The position numbers were made by a program, and so were the translations under genes. A stretch of DNA of 64,000 bases from Antedon mediterranea (Eukaryota > Animalia > Echinodermata). The notes beneath the pieces are model-generated. The model saw only the letters and a list, made by a program, of their open reading frames with translations. It was not told the origin of the DNA and searched no databases. The stretch's first letter is position 1, and each line of letters starts with the position of its first letter. The DNA lies in assembly GCF_964355755.1 (NCBI RefSeq), contig NC_092679.1, forward strand, positions 23,419,432 to 23,483,431. The letters run 5' to 3'. Of the stretch, positions 37,551 through 50,140 are shown one piece after another.

Positions 37551-38639
37551 TTTTATTTACTTTTATCTAAAAACACCGCCAAATATGGAAATATTATGTT
37601 ATATAGAATGTTTATTGTTTGAGCCCTTTACTGAAAACACGTATAGGTCTAGTAGTACATAGACACATTATAATGAAATAAGAATAACAGCATTCGATAC
37701 GGTAGTTTTATTCTAAGAATTAAAGGGAATATCTTGAACATTACAGAGAGAACCTCATCTACAACCTAAACGAAACAGAAAGAACATGCAGTAACCACCT
37801 TATGGTAAATAATATATCTTGCGCACTTCCCATAATGTTCCAAAAATAAACAAACGGCTCGGTGATTAATGACGTATCACTAACCAATCAAATTCAAGAA
37901 GTAGACCGGAGTTATGACAAAACGTCAGAGTTAAGTCAAAGTCATGCGCATGTATCACTGCGCATGGCAAAGACATTTGTAATAAAAAACATTATCCAAT
38001 ACACAGTAGTCTATTAATTAACGTAGCTTTATGCAGAAATAATGTAAACATATATTTGTTAAAGTGTAGTAGACAAAACAAATATTGGGTACTACGTATA
38101 GGCCAATTTATTAAGATTATTATTAATATTAAAGAGGATAAAAATAAGAAAATAACGAAAAAAATGTAGAAAATGCTTAGAGATTCTGTAATTATTGTTT
38201 AGGAAACATTGAATGAAAAATAAAAAAAAAATAAAGTAGCTTTCAACTTTATAAGTTTTACGGAGCAAAATAATATGTTATTTCAAAATTACAAATTTTA
38301 TGAATAATATTCTCAAATACTTACAACTAACGGCCGTTAAAATAAGCATTCTGTGGTATGATTTTACAATTAGAAAACAATTGTTCATCAAAATATTTTC
38401 TTTAAAGACATGTTGGTTGACAGTAATTTCGATTAAAAAATACGTACATACAACATACAAGTGTCTCTACTAACAAAAACCAAAATATTTATTCTATATT
38501 CCTGTTTAATTAAATTTAATTAATTAGTTAAAATCATTCTATAAAGTTTTCAGTAAGTTAAAAAAAATCATTATTATATGACGTGTACTATAATACTTCT
38601 TTAAATGTTGTGTTGATCCATGACCATCCTATATAATAT

Positions 38640-39371
38640 GATTGACAGATATGATCGACATATAGCGTATACTCAGTAGGACCGTAAAACAAGTTAGTTG
38701 TTCTATAATACTTGTCCAACAATACAGAGTGTTGTGTCTGATATTACAACTGACATTTCTTCGGTAAATACATAAGAACTCCATGTATAGACCAAATCAA
38801 ATCATCTTGGATTGTGCATTCTAATTTGTATATTTAGAAACGTTTGTCTATAAAAGAAAACGTCCATAATGTGAAGGTGATAGATTCAAATGTGCACTCG
38901 TCAACGACGTTCACAGGCGTATATGCAACGCAGCGTAGCTAGCCTACCCCACATTTGTGATTAATGTGCACGGCAAAAAAAACCCGCAGCCATGAGGTGA
39001 ATAGCCTACATGTCGCATTGAAATTTCATATCAACTTCTACATCAAAATCTTCTCGTTTATTCGAGGCAGGCGCAGTATAAAAAGAATGACTTGATACCA
39101 AACAAGTGTATATTCCAGTATCTTGAAGTTTGATTGGACTGAATATCAAAAACGATGTAAACCTACGTCTAGTTATTTTTATACGGTTGTTTTGTCCATT
39201 ACTAATTATATTAGTTTCATTCACCCAAAAAATAAGGGGAAAAAGACTATCCGCTGTACACGTTATATTGAAACGATTTCCTTCCTTTGCGAATACTTTG
39301 TTTTGAGAGAAGACAAGTTCAGGTTTAAAAGTAACAAATAAAATGATACACACTCCTTTGAAGACCGCCAT
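38640..39371 (-). pseudogene. Ig receptor copy C: open signal peptide + first Ig domain (39371-39006), remainder decayed
   Basis: MAVFKGVCIILFVTFKPELV...C..W..'LIFSPIKLQDTGIYTC'; downstream remnants GCAACGCAGCGTA, AACTCCATGTATAGACCAAATCAAA, TTGTCCAACAATACAGA, TACTCAGTAGG are collinear with copies B and D. Confidence 0.75.
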
Positions 39372-40039
39372 AAAATTGAAGAAGAAAAATACGAGGTTTT
39401 TAAAATTTAAAACGAAACACTACGTTGTTAGTCAAGGAGTGCAATGCTCACTACTGATACACAATATAGGATTTAAAATACTTATTATATGAGTTTATCA
39501 ATAAATGATATTTTTCCTGGAATACTCATTTTCTTTGATGTTTATAATTCACAACTTTGATAGATTAGCCAATTAAGTATATACATTTTTAATTGATATG
39601 GGACGCCAATGATGCATTATTAAACAATACAATTACATTCACATTTATTTTTAAACAGTTTATAATGTAACAAACAATTTACAATGTAAATATATAATAA
39701 GTAAAAGTATAATAACAACTGTTCAAGAATCGTAATTAGAAGTTTGTGTTTTAATAACCCCTAAATATGAATGTGAATTGTACAATTGATATGATAGTAA
39801 CGATAATATAAGGTTAGCCAAATCTGATAGTACGATAATAGAAAGTTCAAGATCTAATGCGTACTGTAGGTTTCTTAACAACAACGTTTAAGGAAACAAT
39901 AAACCATTTAATTTATAAATCATATTAAGTATACCTATAATTAAAATTATGATAACAACTGTTCAGGAATCGATATTAGAAGTTTAAAAATCTTGTGTTT
40001 TAACAACCCCTAAATATGAATGTGAATTGTAAATTTGAA

Positions 40040-40530
40040 ATGATAGTAACGATAATATAAAGTTAGCCAAATATGATAGTACAATAATATAGAGTTAGCC
40101 AAATCTGATGATACAATAATATAGAGTTAGCCAAATCTGATAGTACAATAATATAGAGTTAGCCAAATATGATAGTACAATAATATAGAGTTAGCCAAAT
40201 CTGATAGTACAATAATATAGAGTTAGCCAAATCTGATAGTACAATAATATAAAGTTAGCCAAATATGATAGTACAATAATATAGAGTTAGCCAAATCTGA
40301 CGATACAATAATATAGAGTTAGCCAAATCTGATAGTACAATAATATAAAGTTAGCCAAATCTGATAGTACAATAATATAGAGTTAGCCAAATCTGATGAT
40401 ACAATAATATAGAGTTAGCCAAATCTGATGATACAATAATATAGAGTTAGCCAAATCTGTTGAAACGATAATATAAAGTTAGCCAAATCTGATGAAACGA
40501 TAATATAAAGTTAGCCAAATCTGATAGTAG
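40040..40530. repeat. 32-bp minisatellite (GATAGTACAATAATATAGAGTTAGCCAAATCT)n, ~15 copies
   Basis: Visible tandem array; its flank and a single seed unit are duplicated at ~39710-39840. Confidence 0.92.
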
Positions 40531-40785
40531 GCCTACGATAATATAATACTGTTAATTAGAGGCAAAAAGTACGAATAAAATGGTGAAAATTATCCTTTCG
40601 AATACTAATTCCTCATGTTTTATTTGTTTTATCGGATTACCAATATACTAAATTAATCACTGTCGCACAGATAGGTTTAATTTAATTTAAGTAAATATTC
40701 AGTAATTAGAATTAGTATATGTCTATATAATGAAATATACTGTAAACGTTTAATTTATACAAAAATACAAAACCATAATTATGAT

Positions 40786-41070
40786 TATCATCATCATTTC
40801 AGCCATTATCAGCCCACTGCAGTGTGAAGGCTTCGCTAAGCGTGACCCATCATTTTCTGTCCTGTGCAGTCTTCATACAAGATATGCCAGCGGATGCTAC
40901 AATCTCATCTCTCCATCTGGTTCGGTCGTGTGTTTCTTAGAGTCTATTCTGTGATAAGTTTTATCCATCTTTTGCCGTTCGCTTTGGTTTAGTGTCCTGC
41001 TTATCTCCATTTCTTGACATCATGTTGCATGATGTCTTTGCTCTCGAATCCACTTCTTGAACAAAATGAT
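40786..41070 (-). mobile_element. 3' fragment of an RTE-clade non-LTR retrotransposon
   Basis: Minus strand gives 'WIREQ' and 'RWRDEIVASAG...TAQDRK*W.TLSEAFTLQW', followed by a (TGA)n tail. Confidence 0.7.
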
Positions 41071-41079
41071 ACACGCGGC

Positions 41080-42699
41080 CTACAGATTCATAATTTGGAA
41101 CTCGTAAGGATTCTCATGGGCCGCTGCGCCTTCAATGCTGTGATATATGTACTCCTCTAGGTAAGGCGACTCATCCTGACAGACATTAGTGGAAATTGGA
41201 TGACGTCTAGACATGGATTGACATGATTGAGAAGTCACGTAGCCGGCTGGTAGAGTATTACTCTGAAAGGAACGTGAAGATACAGAGGCTAAGGACGTTT
41301 GGTAGATGTTTGTTAGGACATTTGAATCTGTCAAGGAATTACCGACACGGTAAGACGACTGGTATCGCTTATCTGGGTCTCCTACACAAGAAATATTGTC
41401 ACTAGATGATCTACCATGTAGGAGAGACCACTCTAGGGATGTATTAGACGTATCATTTTGACATGATTCTCTGACATTCGAGAGAGTAGGTCTACAAGAC
41501 GAACAAGCAGATGGCGACTGAGAGGACGCAAAGAACGGAGTTCCTGTCATAGGTAAATAAGTTGGAGGAACATCATCAGGAGGAGTATTGTCTGCCAAAT
41601 CAGGAAGATCTTGTTTTCGAAGACGTTTGGTTCGTACCATTCTGACTATAAGAATGACGAGCATTACACAAGTTGTAGCTAGTAAACAAAACAAGATTAT
41701 TTCAGTGGTATTAAATACTGGAGATTTATTACTTTCTGGAATAATATAATCGATGGAATTCAAACCAGCAGTGGTGGTCGACATAGCGTACTCAGTAGGG
41801 GTATATCCTTCTTTGTCCAACAATACAGACATTTCACCGTCGTTAAGATTCCCTTGAACAAAACAAGTTACAAATACTGCAGTGGATAGAGTGTCGGCTG
41901 GTATTAAAACTGTTGGCCCACTTGGTTCACCAGTAAACACTGAAGATACGTTAGAACTCCATTTATAGACCAAATCAAACTGGTTGTTATCTTGACCGTT
42001 GCATTCTAATAGATATGTTCCATTTGTTAGCAACTTTATGTCTATAGACACGTCCATAGGTGGTGATATATTCAATTCGAATTTGCATTCACTAACGGCG
42101 TTCTCGGGTGTACGTGCAACGCAGCGTACCTCGGTTCCATTCAACTGTGCATTTGCGACGAATTGAAGCTGTGAGCTGATGACAGAACCATTATCATTTC
42201 GGAGTGTAATATTAGGATACACAGCACCCTCCCATCTCGGATAGTCTTCCCAGAGTCCTATTGAAGCTGAACAACCAAGTGTGATGTTTTCTCCGGCAAC
42301 AAAATTCGATTTTGATTGCTCGCATTCAAAAACTTTTACTTCGGCACTTTCAAGAAAGTAACGTCTTATACCATTTGCTTCACAACTGTATCTTCCAGTA
42401 TCTTGAAGTCTGACAGGACTAAACAGCAAAGTCGATGTATCGTAGGTTTCGTTGAGTATCGTATGTATACGACTGCTCATTCCATTTCTAATTGGTGTTC
42501 TTCTCTGGTGGTTATATTTATCATCACGCAACCACTGGTAAGCAAATGTATCAACTTCATTCTCCACTGTACACGTCACGCTAAAGTCTTCCCCGGCTTT
42601 TGCCACCGAATACCATGGGATGATGACAAGTTCAGGTTTGCAGGAGTATATAAAAGTAACAAGTATAACGATACACGCTACTCCTCGAAAGACCGCCAT
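41080..42699 (-). CDS. Intronless type I membrane Ig-superfamily receptor, copy D
   Basis: ORF 41080..42738; probable start ATG 42699 (MAVFRGVACIVIL); same architecture as copy B; tail YLPM, YLEEYIYHSI, NPYE. Confidence 0.88.
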   Translation of the reverse strand: MAVFRGVACIVILVTFIYSCKPELVIIPWYSVAKAGEDFSVTCTVENEVDTFAYQWLRDDKYNHQRRTPIRNGMSSRIHTILNETYDTSTLLFSPVRLQDTGRYSCEANGIRRYFLESAEVKVFECEQSKSNFVAGENITLGCSASIGLWEDYPRWEGAVYPNITLRNDNGSVISSQLQFVANAQLNGTEVRCVARTPENAVSECKFELNISPPMDVSIDIKLLTNGTYLLECNGQDNNQFDLVYKWSSNVSSVFTGEPSGPTVLIPADTLSTAVFVTCFVQGNLNDGEMSVLLDKEGYTPTEYAMSTTTAGLNSIDYIIPESNKSPVFNTTEIILFCLLATTCVMLVILIVRMVRTKRLRKQDLPDLADNTPPDDVPPTYLPMTGTPFFASSQSPSACSSCRPTLSNVRESCQNDTSNTSLEWSLLHGRSSSDNISCVGDPDKRYQSSYRVGNSLTDSNVLTNIYQTSLASVSSRSFQSNTLPAGYVTSQSCQSMSRRHPISTNVCQDESPYLEEYIYHSIEGAAAHENPYEFQIMNL

Positions 42700-44557
42700 A
42701 AAATAATAAGTATGCAGGGTTTTATTAAGACAAGTCACGTAGTTATACTGGGTGTATGTTAAGCGTACGTACGCAGTGCATTATGTTCTTACTCAGTAAC
42801 AACTAAGTAAAGTGTGAGTTAATTTCTACCAATACAAAAGTGAAACAAGGAAGTGAATAAAAGAAAACATTGTAAATGAAAGTAATACGACGACGTTGAA
42901 TCGATATCTATCCTCGATATCGAACACAATGCAAACGATCTAAATCTCCACCCAACTAATATACTTGCAAATCATACAACGTACTCACGTGGATATAAGC
43001 GTTATAATCAGATCCCAATATTAAAGATCGAACCTCCGTCGTCGATACAACGTCACAATTTAACGTTAAATAGAACATGTTTATTGTAGTTGTGTTTGTA
43101 ATCGTGCACGTTTTATATAATCATATCATTTAAAAAATAAATAAATAAATACATAAAAAAAAGCTGCATTTAGTATGTAGATTTTTTGAGATAAAAACAA
43201 ATCAAAATATTTTAATTGTAAGTTCTTTATTTCGTAGTTTATTGCACAATATTGACACTGGACTATATTTCTTTTTTTATTTTGTTACAGTATTGTAATA
43301 AGTATATTTATTTTTAGTTCCTGTTAAAATCATATAAACAATAAGCTAATGGCTTGTAATAGTATAACAGTACTTAATACAACCATCGAAGAACATGATA
43401 CAACAACAAACTATTGTTCACACTTCTTTCTATTATAGTTTCTCCAGATATATAACAATAACGTTTTATGTTTTCATTTCAACAATAGCACCATTGTTTA
43501 CATTTGTAAAGGGAAAATCCCTTGTAATCCAAAGTACGTTTGGAATGAATGAGCTGCTTGTACAGCATTTAGCTCTTAAGATTAAAAATAAAAAACATAA
43601 AAAAACACAATAATGAAAAACACATCAAAAGAGTTTTCATTAAAAAGGAAACCCCCCAATTTTTCTAATTCCTTTACAGTCCTTTCCTTTCAAAAATATT
43701 ACTTTTTACAAACACAATAGTCAATTCTCAGTACTGTATCCATAGTTTGTCCAGTATCATAGGTGTATTCTATAAAACAGTGTCACAGTATGTAACCATG
43801 TGACGCCAGTACTGTATCGTAAGGCCACAAACCTAACCTTAACATAATACAGTGATATACAATGTGAAACTATATTTAACTCTAATTTGATAGTGTACAT
43901 ACATTCATATTTATCAGATATAAAATATTGTTTTACTATGTATTCATGGTGTTCCTACTTGTTAGCTAGTTTAAGCCTGGTTTCCATTAAAATCGCTACA
44001 CGCGCAGATGTCGCCGACACAATCGGGAAGGCTCCCCGATTCATCACAGTCAAATCGGCAAAGTTCAACCATGTTCAACTTTGCCGATTTTGTCGGCGAT
44101 GAATCGTATACGCGTACCAAAGAATATTTAGCGCTTGCGTACTAGATCCTCGATAAATTCTAGCGTTTCCATAGAATCGCTACGCTCTGTCGTGTAGCGA
44201 TTTTATATATCCATGTTCAATATACCAATGTATATCTATATTGTAAAGATATTGTCAACATTTGAAAATTTGCTAATATATATAGGCCTACATTTTTACT
44301 TTCAAGAAAAATAATGAAAACAGAAATTAATATGGAAAGAGAATTATTAACAATCATCTATTAATGTACTTGTGATGAGGAACAAATAAAAGTGGTAGTT
44401 TACATCACAAAAGAGAAAAAGAAAATGATGCAAGTAAACACAATAGGACTAAACATTGATCAACTATTAAATTACAAACTGCATACATTTTAAGCATGGT
44501 GACTCAGTGGTTAGATGTTTAATGATCATTCTGAATGAATAAATTAATTGAAACGCC

Positions 44558-47500
44558 TCATGTTAGGCCAACAACACCCGTTTTCTCAACAACAAAGTAA
44601 CATTTATTATTTGGTAGATGAGGTGAGAAAATCACCTCCATACAACGTACAACACTCTCCGTCGGGTTAAGTTCTGGTCTACGATTCTCAGAGTCAGACT
44701 GCATATCTACGTTCAGTCTGTAATTGGTGCGCGAGATCATTAAACGAACCTTAACAAAATTTGCCCATGTTAGTCCAAGTGCCGGAAGTACTGAAGGCTC
44801 AAAAACATTGGATGAACGCTTCATGTTTGCCGTTACCTAAGAAAAATAATGAAAAAATAAAATGAAATCAAATGCAGTTTAGAGAAGAGTATTATGCTCT
44901 GACGACACTGTCGCATGTAACATGCTTTTGTTGCTATGAAACTCAGATTGTATCCAAGATTGTGTTCAAATAAATATCTGTACAGGTCTAGACAAACCTG
45001 ATTAACACACACAACTGGAACATCGTGTTGTAAACTAAGCCAGTTAAGTTTAGCTCCAACTGACTGGATATGCTTTGCACGCTGGGCAACTTCATTTGAG
45101 TCATACTCGCATCGGAATATTGCAGCTATTGAGTCAATCACGACTAATTTGATGAGGCCACGGCTTAGAAGAATTGGAATACGCTTGGTGATACAATGCC
45201 ATAGCTGGTCCTGAAACATATAAATACAATAAATCAAAATTATTGTTATAAATATATGAGAGTTGTGTGGAAAGGGGGATAATTATTGATGTTGTTTTGT
45301 TTACTGAAATAGAGATCATTAATTAGTCAAATGAATTGAGTGGTTCCGCTTGCTCGCACCTGAATAAACTGGCCACAGTCAAATAGTAATGATAGTGGGA
45401 TAGTGGGAGCTACTCCGGCTCTCTTCAAGTTAGTTTGTTCACAGCCTGGTCATTCTTCCTGATCTAATTTCAGTCAGTAAAACTAACCGATATACTCTAG
45501 TTCGGGCAATTTCACTGTTAGGAAAAGCATTTTCACTCAGACTGAACCCTTTTTCACCGACCGCTCCATTTAATTTTAAATGAAACAAGTCCTGTGAGAA
45601 TGAGACTAGATTAACCAAATGTTCTTACCGATTCTGATATGTGCTCAACATAGATGTGATCTCCTAACTTAAGCTTTGATGCCATTTCACTGCCAACTTT
45701 GTGGTTGAACATTTGAATCATTTGATTTAATCTTTTACTTGGGAAAGCATCCTCTGTGCAAATGTAGACAGCTCCTACATTCATGATAAAGCTATATGAA
45801 TTAAACTGAGCTAGGCTTAGGTTGGGCTTGACTGGGGATATACGTAGGCTATGAATGGTATAACTAATTCTTACCTCCTTCTAAACCACCCATAGATTTT
45901 GGGCACTGAACCGTTAGACAGAGCTGAATACATAACTGGGTCTTTCCTGACGCGCTTTCTCCCGCTATTTCAGTGATACCCTGCGAGAGGATCCCTCCTT
46001 GTAGAAAAGCATCAAGATGTGGGCAGCCTAGACTCAGTTTCTGCACTATCATAGATGCGTTACATTTTTCACGTTTTATATTTAACACTTTTAAAAAAAA
46101 TAATAAATTAAGCTATCAGGAGGAACTGAGCAAAATACAAAACTAACAAGCTTTTGTGACCAATATACCAATATACAATACACACAAAAATTCAGAATAA
46201 CTTAAAAAAAGGAAATAAAGGCAAATAATATACTTGACAACAATTTACTTATACAAAGTAAAAATAAATTTACTAAAATAATTGATTTTAGAAATGATCA
46301 TGAGGCCATTCACAACACACTCAAACATGCACATACAATGATCATGAGGCCATTCACAACACACTCAAACATGCACATACAATGATCATGAGGCCATTCA
46401 CAACACACTCAAACATGCACATACAATGATCATGAGGCCATTCACAACACACTCAAACATGCACATACAATGATCATGAGGCCATTCACAACACACTCAA
46501 ACATGCACATACAATGATCATGAGGCCATTCACAACACACTCAAACATGCACATACAATGATCATGAGGCCATTCACAAAACACTCAAACATGCACATAC
46601 AATGATTATGATAATTAATAAACATCAAATAATATACAATGATAATACAACATAACTATTTTAGTTTTAATTCCTGGTTTAACCTCCCTGGATGATATAG
46701 GAAACTATATTGATTGTGAGAAAAAAATTAAAAAGTGCTTCCAAGTACTCAGCCTATCTATTGTAAATCTTGTACTTAAGTCAATGTGCCTCTAGTACTT
46801 TCACTTTTTATTTATTCTGTCATGGGAGTAGAATTCATACTGAATTGCATTATTTATTATTATGTCAAGGTCAGCGTATGAAAACAGTTGTTATTTTTAG
46901 TGTTACTGTTACACACCAGAGACAGACAGCTCACTCCAGTGCTTCTGGTGTTGAATTGGGCTCTTTCTCGAAGAGTGTGATGCGTTCTTTAACATGCACA
47001 TAAGCCATCTTCCACACCAACGGCTTAACGTCTCATCTAAAAGACAGTGCGCTATCTACATGTATTGTATTTCAACCTGCGAAAGTTAGAACACACGGAG
47101 AGAGCGGCGATGGGATTTGAACCGTGGACCAAAGGGAACTTATTGTCTTTATGGTTCAGCGCAGAACACAGCAACTACCACCAGTTTAGCTGACTGCGCT
47201 ATGCCGCTCCGTTTTGTATGCATTTTCCCAGCTACTATATGAATGTGTATGAATATGTTTCCTGCTGGCTCTGATCATAAACCATCTACCCCAAAATGGA
47301 TGTTTCCTCTTCTTCGTCTCGCCTTCTAAGTATTTTCTCCAGATTTCACATCAAGGACCAGACTCCTGTACTCAGTTATATGTTAATTACTATAATTTAT
47401 AAATTGTGTAATATAATTACTGTAATTACTAGACTAGAGTATGTGCTGTTGTGAAACTGACCTGTTGTTACTGGTGTTTGGTAAGCTGCCTCAGAGATGA

Positions 47501-49175
47501 CCTGTACAAGGATATTAACCTCACGTGGGCTCAGACCAGTAGCTCTTTCCAGGTCAGGTTTTGAAAGACACAGGACCGATGGTAATGTCTTTAATCCAGC
47601 TTTAAAAGAAGATAATAAATAAATAGATCACTTAATTAAAGAAAAATTAAAAAAATTGATATTGGCTAAGTAATTAATAAATAACTTAATAAGGGGTTTT
47701 TATCCAATCAGCTAAAAAAACATTTCAACGAAGCTTTGTTGGTATATCAAACACCTTGCGCTATATATAATAATTAATATTTATATATAGCGCAATAATT
47801 AATATTTATGAATATCCTTTAATTTTATTCAAATTATCAGTTTAAAAAATTTAAAAAAAATTGTGCAAATCGCGCATTATATATGGCATAACACACTCCA
47901 TGCCACCACTCCAAATACTCAACTCATCATTTGCCTATATTTTAGCCTAGCGCCCCGCCCCCTTGGACTAGTAGTAGACCTAGCGTAGCACCCGCGTAGC
48001 CTAGCTTGGCCTACCTAATAATAATTGTACAGTATGTAGGCTAGCCTCTAACTAAGGGTGAAGGTAGGCATAGCCTAGCTAGGCCGGTAGCCGATCACTC
48101 CGGCCGCGCTTCACTCCGGCCGCCGTATCAGTTTAGCGCGATGTTATGCACTTCGGCCGCTATTCAATTCGACTTCCTGTGCAAAGGGGCCGTTAGTATG
48201 GAGCGCCCATATCTACGTTTTCTATACTGTTCAGTGTTATAACAAATTCTTGGTGAATTTAAATGGAACTAGTTGAATATTTATTAGCAACAATTTTACT
48301 TTTTTCATTAACAATAACAATCAAAGAAGTTGGAACTGCTTTTTCTTTCAAACTAAACTTAACTTAATTAAATTCAATAATAAAATAATAATCAAATACC
48401 CGTCTAATTAATGCTTGAATAACAATATTTAATTTCTTTCTATGTACATTTATTTTTATAGCTTTACATTTATTAACATTAAAAATCAGTTAAAACCCTT
48501 ATTTTTATAACACTTTATCTTACCAGTACCCATACTTACTAATTATAGTTAATAACAATATGTAAAATATTAATTAATTTATTTCAAATAATCAATTATT
48601 ATTGATGTTTGTTATAGTTAATAACAATATTTACAATATTAATTAATTTATTTCAAATAATCAAATATCCGTCTAATTAATGTTACCTGGAATTGTATCA
48701 AGAATTAATATATAATTTTTGTACAGTCCAATTTACAATGATTTTATATTTTAATTTATATATGATAAAAATAATATGACATATAGGGTACATTGCAATA
48801 AATTACATAATTAATTACATTACAATTAATATACTAGCCTATTACATTGGATAAAACACATAAATTATTTTGTTTTAGCATTAGACCTAATTTAAAACAC
48901 TTGCGATGTTGTTGTGATCCTGAAAGAGAAAAAATATACTGAATGTGATTACAAATGTTTATTTTGATTCTCTACAAAAAACGTGTCTCGGTTGTAAAAG
49001 ACTCATTGGGCGCTCCATAGCTGCGGCCGGAATGAATCGCGGCCGGATTGAAGCGCGGCCGGAGTGATCTGTATTCGCTAGGCCTACCTAGTCTACTAGG
49101 CCTAGCCTAGGCCTAGGTATTATTACCTTTTTTGACACTTATTAAAATCTTTTGTGGCAAATCTAAATTATCCAT
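44558..49175 (-). CDS. XRCC3: DNA repair protein XRCC3 (RAD51 paralogue)
   Basis: Exons at about 49127-49175 (MDNLDLPQKILISVKK), 47462-47599 (LSKPDLERATGLS), 45875-46088 (LSLGCPHLD..GESASGKTQLCIQL, Walker A), 45629-45775 (AVYICTEDAFPSKRL), 44998-45210 (LVVIDSIAAIFRCEYD), 44558-44836 (PALGLTWAN...SPHLP). Confidence 0.93.
46293..46610. repeat. 44-bp minisatellite, ~7 copies
   Basis: (AATGATCATGAGGCCATTCACAACACACTCAAACATGCACATAC)n in an XRCC3 intron. Confidence 0.95.
46960..47210 (-). mobile_element. Possible tRNA-derived SINE
   Basis: Minus strand GCGGCATAGCGCAGT (A-box-like) ... GGTTCAAATCCCATCGCCGC (B-box-like), with atypical spacing. Confidence 0.4.
48086..49076. mobile_element. TIR element with GC-rich subterminal repeats and AT-rich core in XRCC3 intron 1
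   Basis: GATCACTCCGGCCGCGCTTCA inverted at both ends, repeated TCCGGCCGC units, ATGGAGCGCCC on both arms; candidate 8-bp TSD GCTAGGCC in low-complexity flanks. Confidence 0.7.
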
Positions 49176-49671
49176 TTGTTTGCCCAATGTCTGTTCTTAC
49201 ACAACAAACAATTTATAGGCCTAAATGCTGTTTAAACATGATTTTTTAATGTAAGTTTACAGCATCTATACTTCCGATGTTTTGACTGTGGCGCTCTTTC
49301 TTACACTCAGACGATTCCGTGCGGTCTCAGAATTAGGCGTCAACAAACCATAAAGTAGCGTCAACTATCCTATGGAATAATGGAATACTGTCATCAAACA
49401 TGCCTGTATGAAAGTAATCATTCATAATAATAATAATTAATTGTATATGATTAAAAAAAAAACAAGATCTGAATTTACGGTTGTTGTTCTTTAGTGATAT
49501 TCATGGTAAAATTTATTTCTGAAGCAGCAGTTGACGCTTTATAACGGTTAGGTGACGCTTGCAGGTGATGTAGTGAATATGAGCGCGAACGGAGAGTCGG
49601 TCGTCGAGCCTGGGAGAGCCTGGTGATGAGGAGCATGGCAACACCTTTCGAGCATTAGCTTAACTAATGAA
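49176..49671. promoter_or_regulatory. Probable bidirectional promoter / 5' UTR region of XRCC3 and MTIF2
   Basis: Head-to-head genes; candidate MTIF2 leader exon ends at AAG|GTTTGT (~49671). Confidence 0.5.
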
Positions 49672-49729
49672 GGTTTGTTTGTTTGTCTGTATTGTAGAAT
49701 AACATTTTGCCATAAAAAATATTTTTAGG

Positions 49730-50140
49730 TCTGGCCTAGAGCAGTAGAGGGCTAATAATATAGGCTAGCTAGGCCTACCTAGTAGGCCTACTAGCTAGGC
49801 CTACGCCTACGTACTAGGATAGTACTACTTAACTACTACTACTAGCCTAGGCCTAGGCCTAGTACTACTAGGGCCAGGCCAGGTAGGTCTACTAGCTAGG
49901 CCGGGCCTAGCCTAGGCCTACTAAGTACTAGCCTAAATAGAGTAGAGCCTAGGCTAGGCCTATATAGCCTATCTATATGCCTACTAGACTAGAGGCTAGT
50001 TAGTAGTAGGCCTACCCACCCTACTAGCTAGAAAGAAGGCCTGGCCCTAGCCAGAAGTCTAGTAGTAGTAGTAATAGGCCTAGCTAGTCTAGCTATCCTA
50101 ATTAGGCATATATATTGGGCCTAGAATTATAGGCTAGAAT
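49730..50140. repeat. CTAG/AGGCCT-rich low-complexity tract
   Basis: Dense TAGGCCTA, CTAG and TAGTAC words; similar tracts at 47940-48085 and 49077-49117. Confidence 0.8.

Noticed and set aside
35609-42762. Recurring plus-strand ORFs 'MLAFKNFYFG..' (also 23261..23488)
   Set aside because: Antisense shadows of the duplicated Ig genes, with non-ATG starts and inconsistent lengths.
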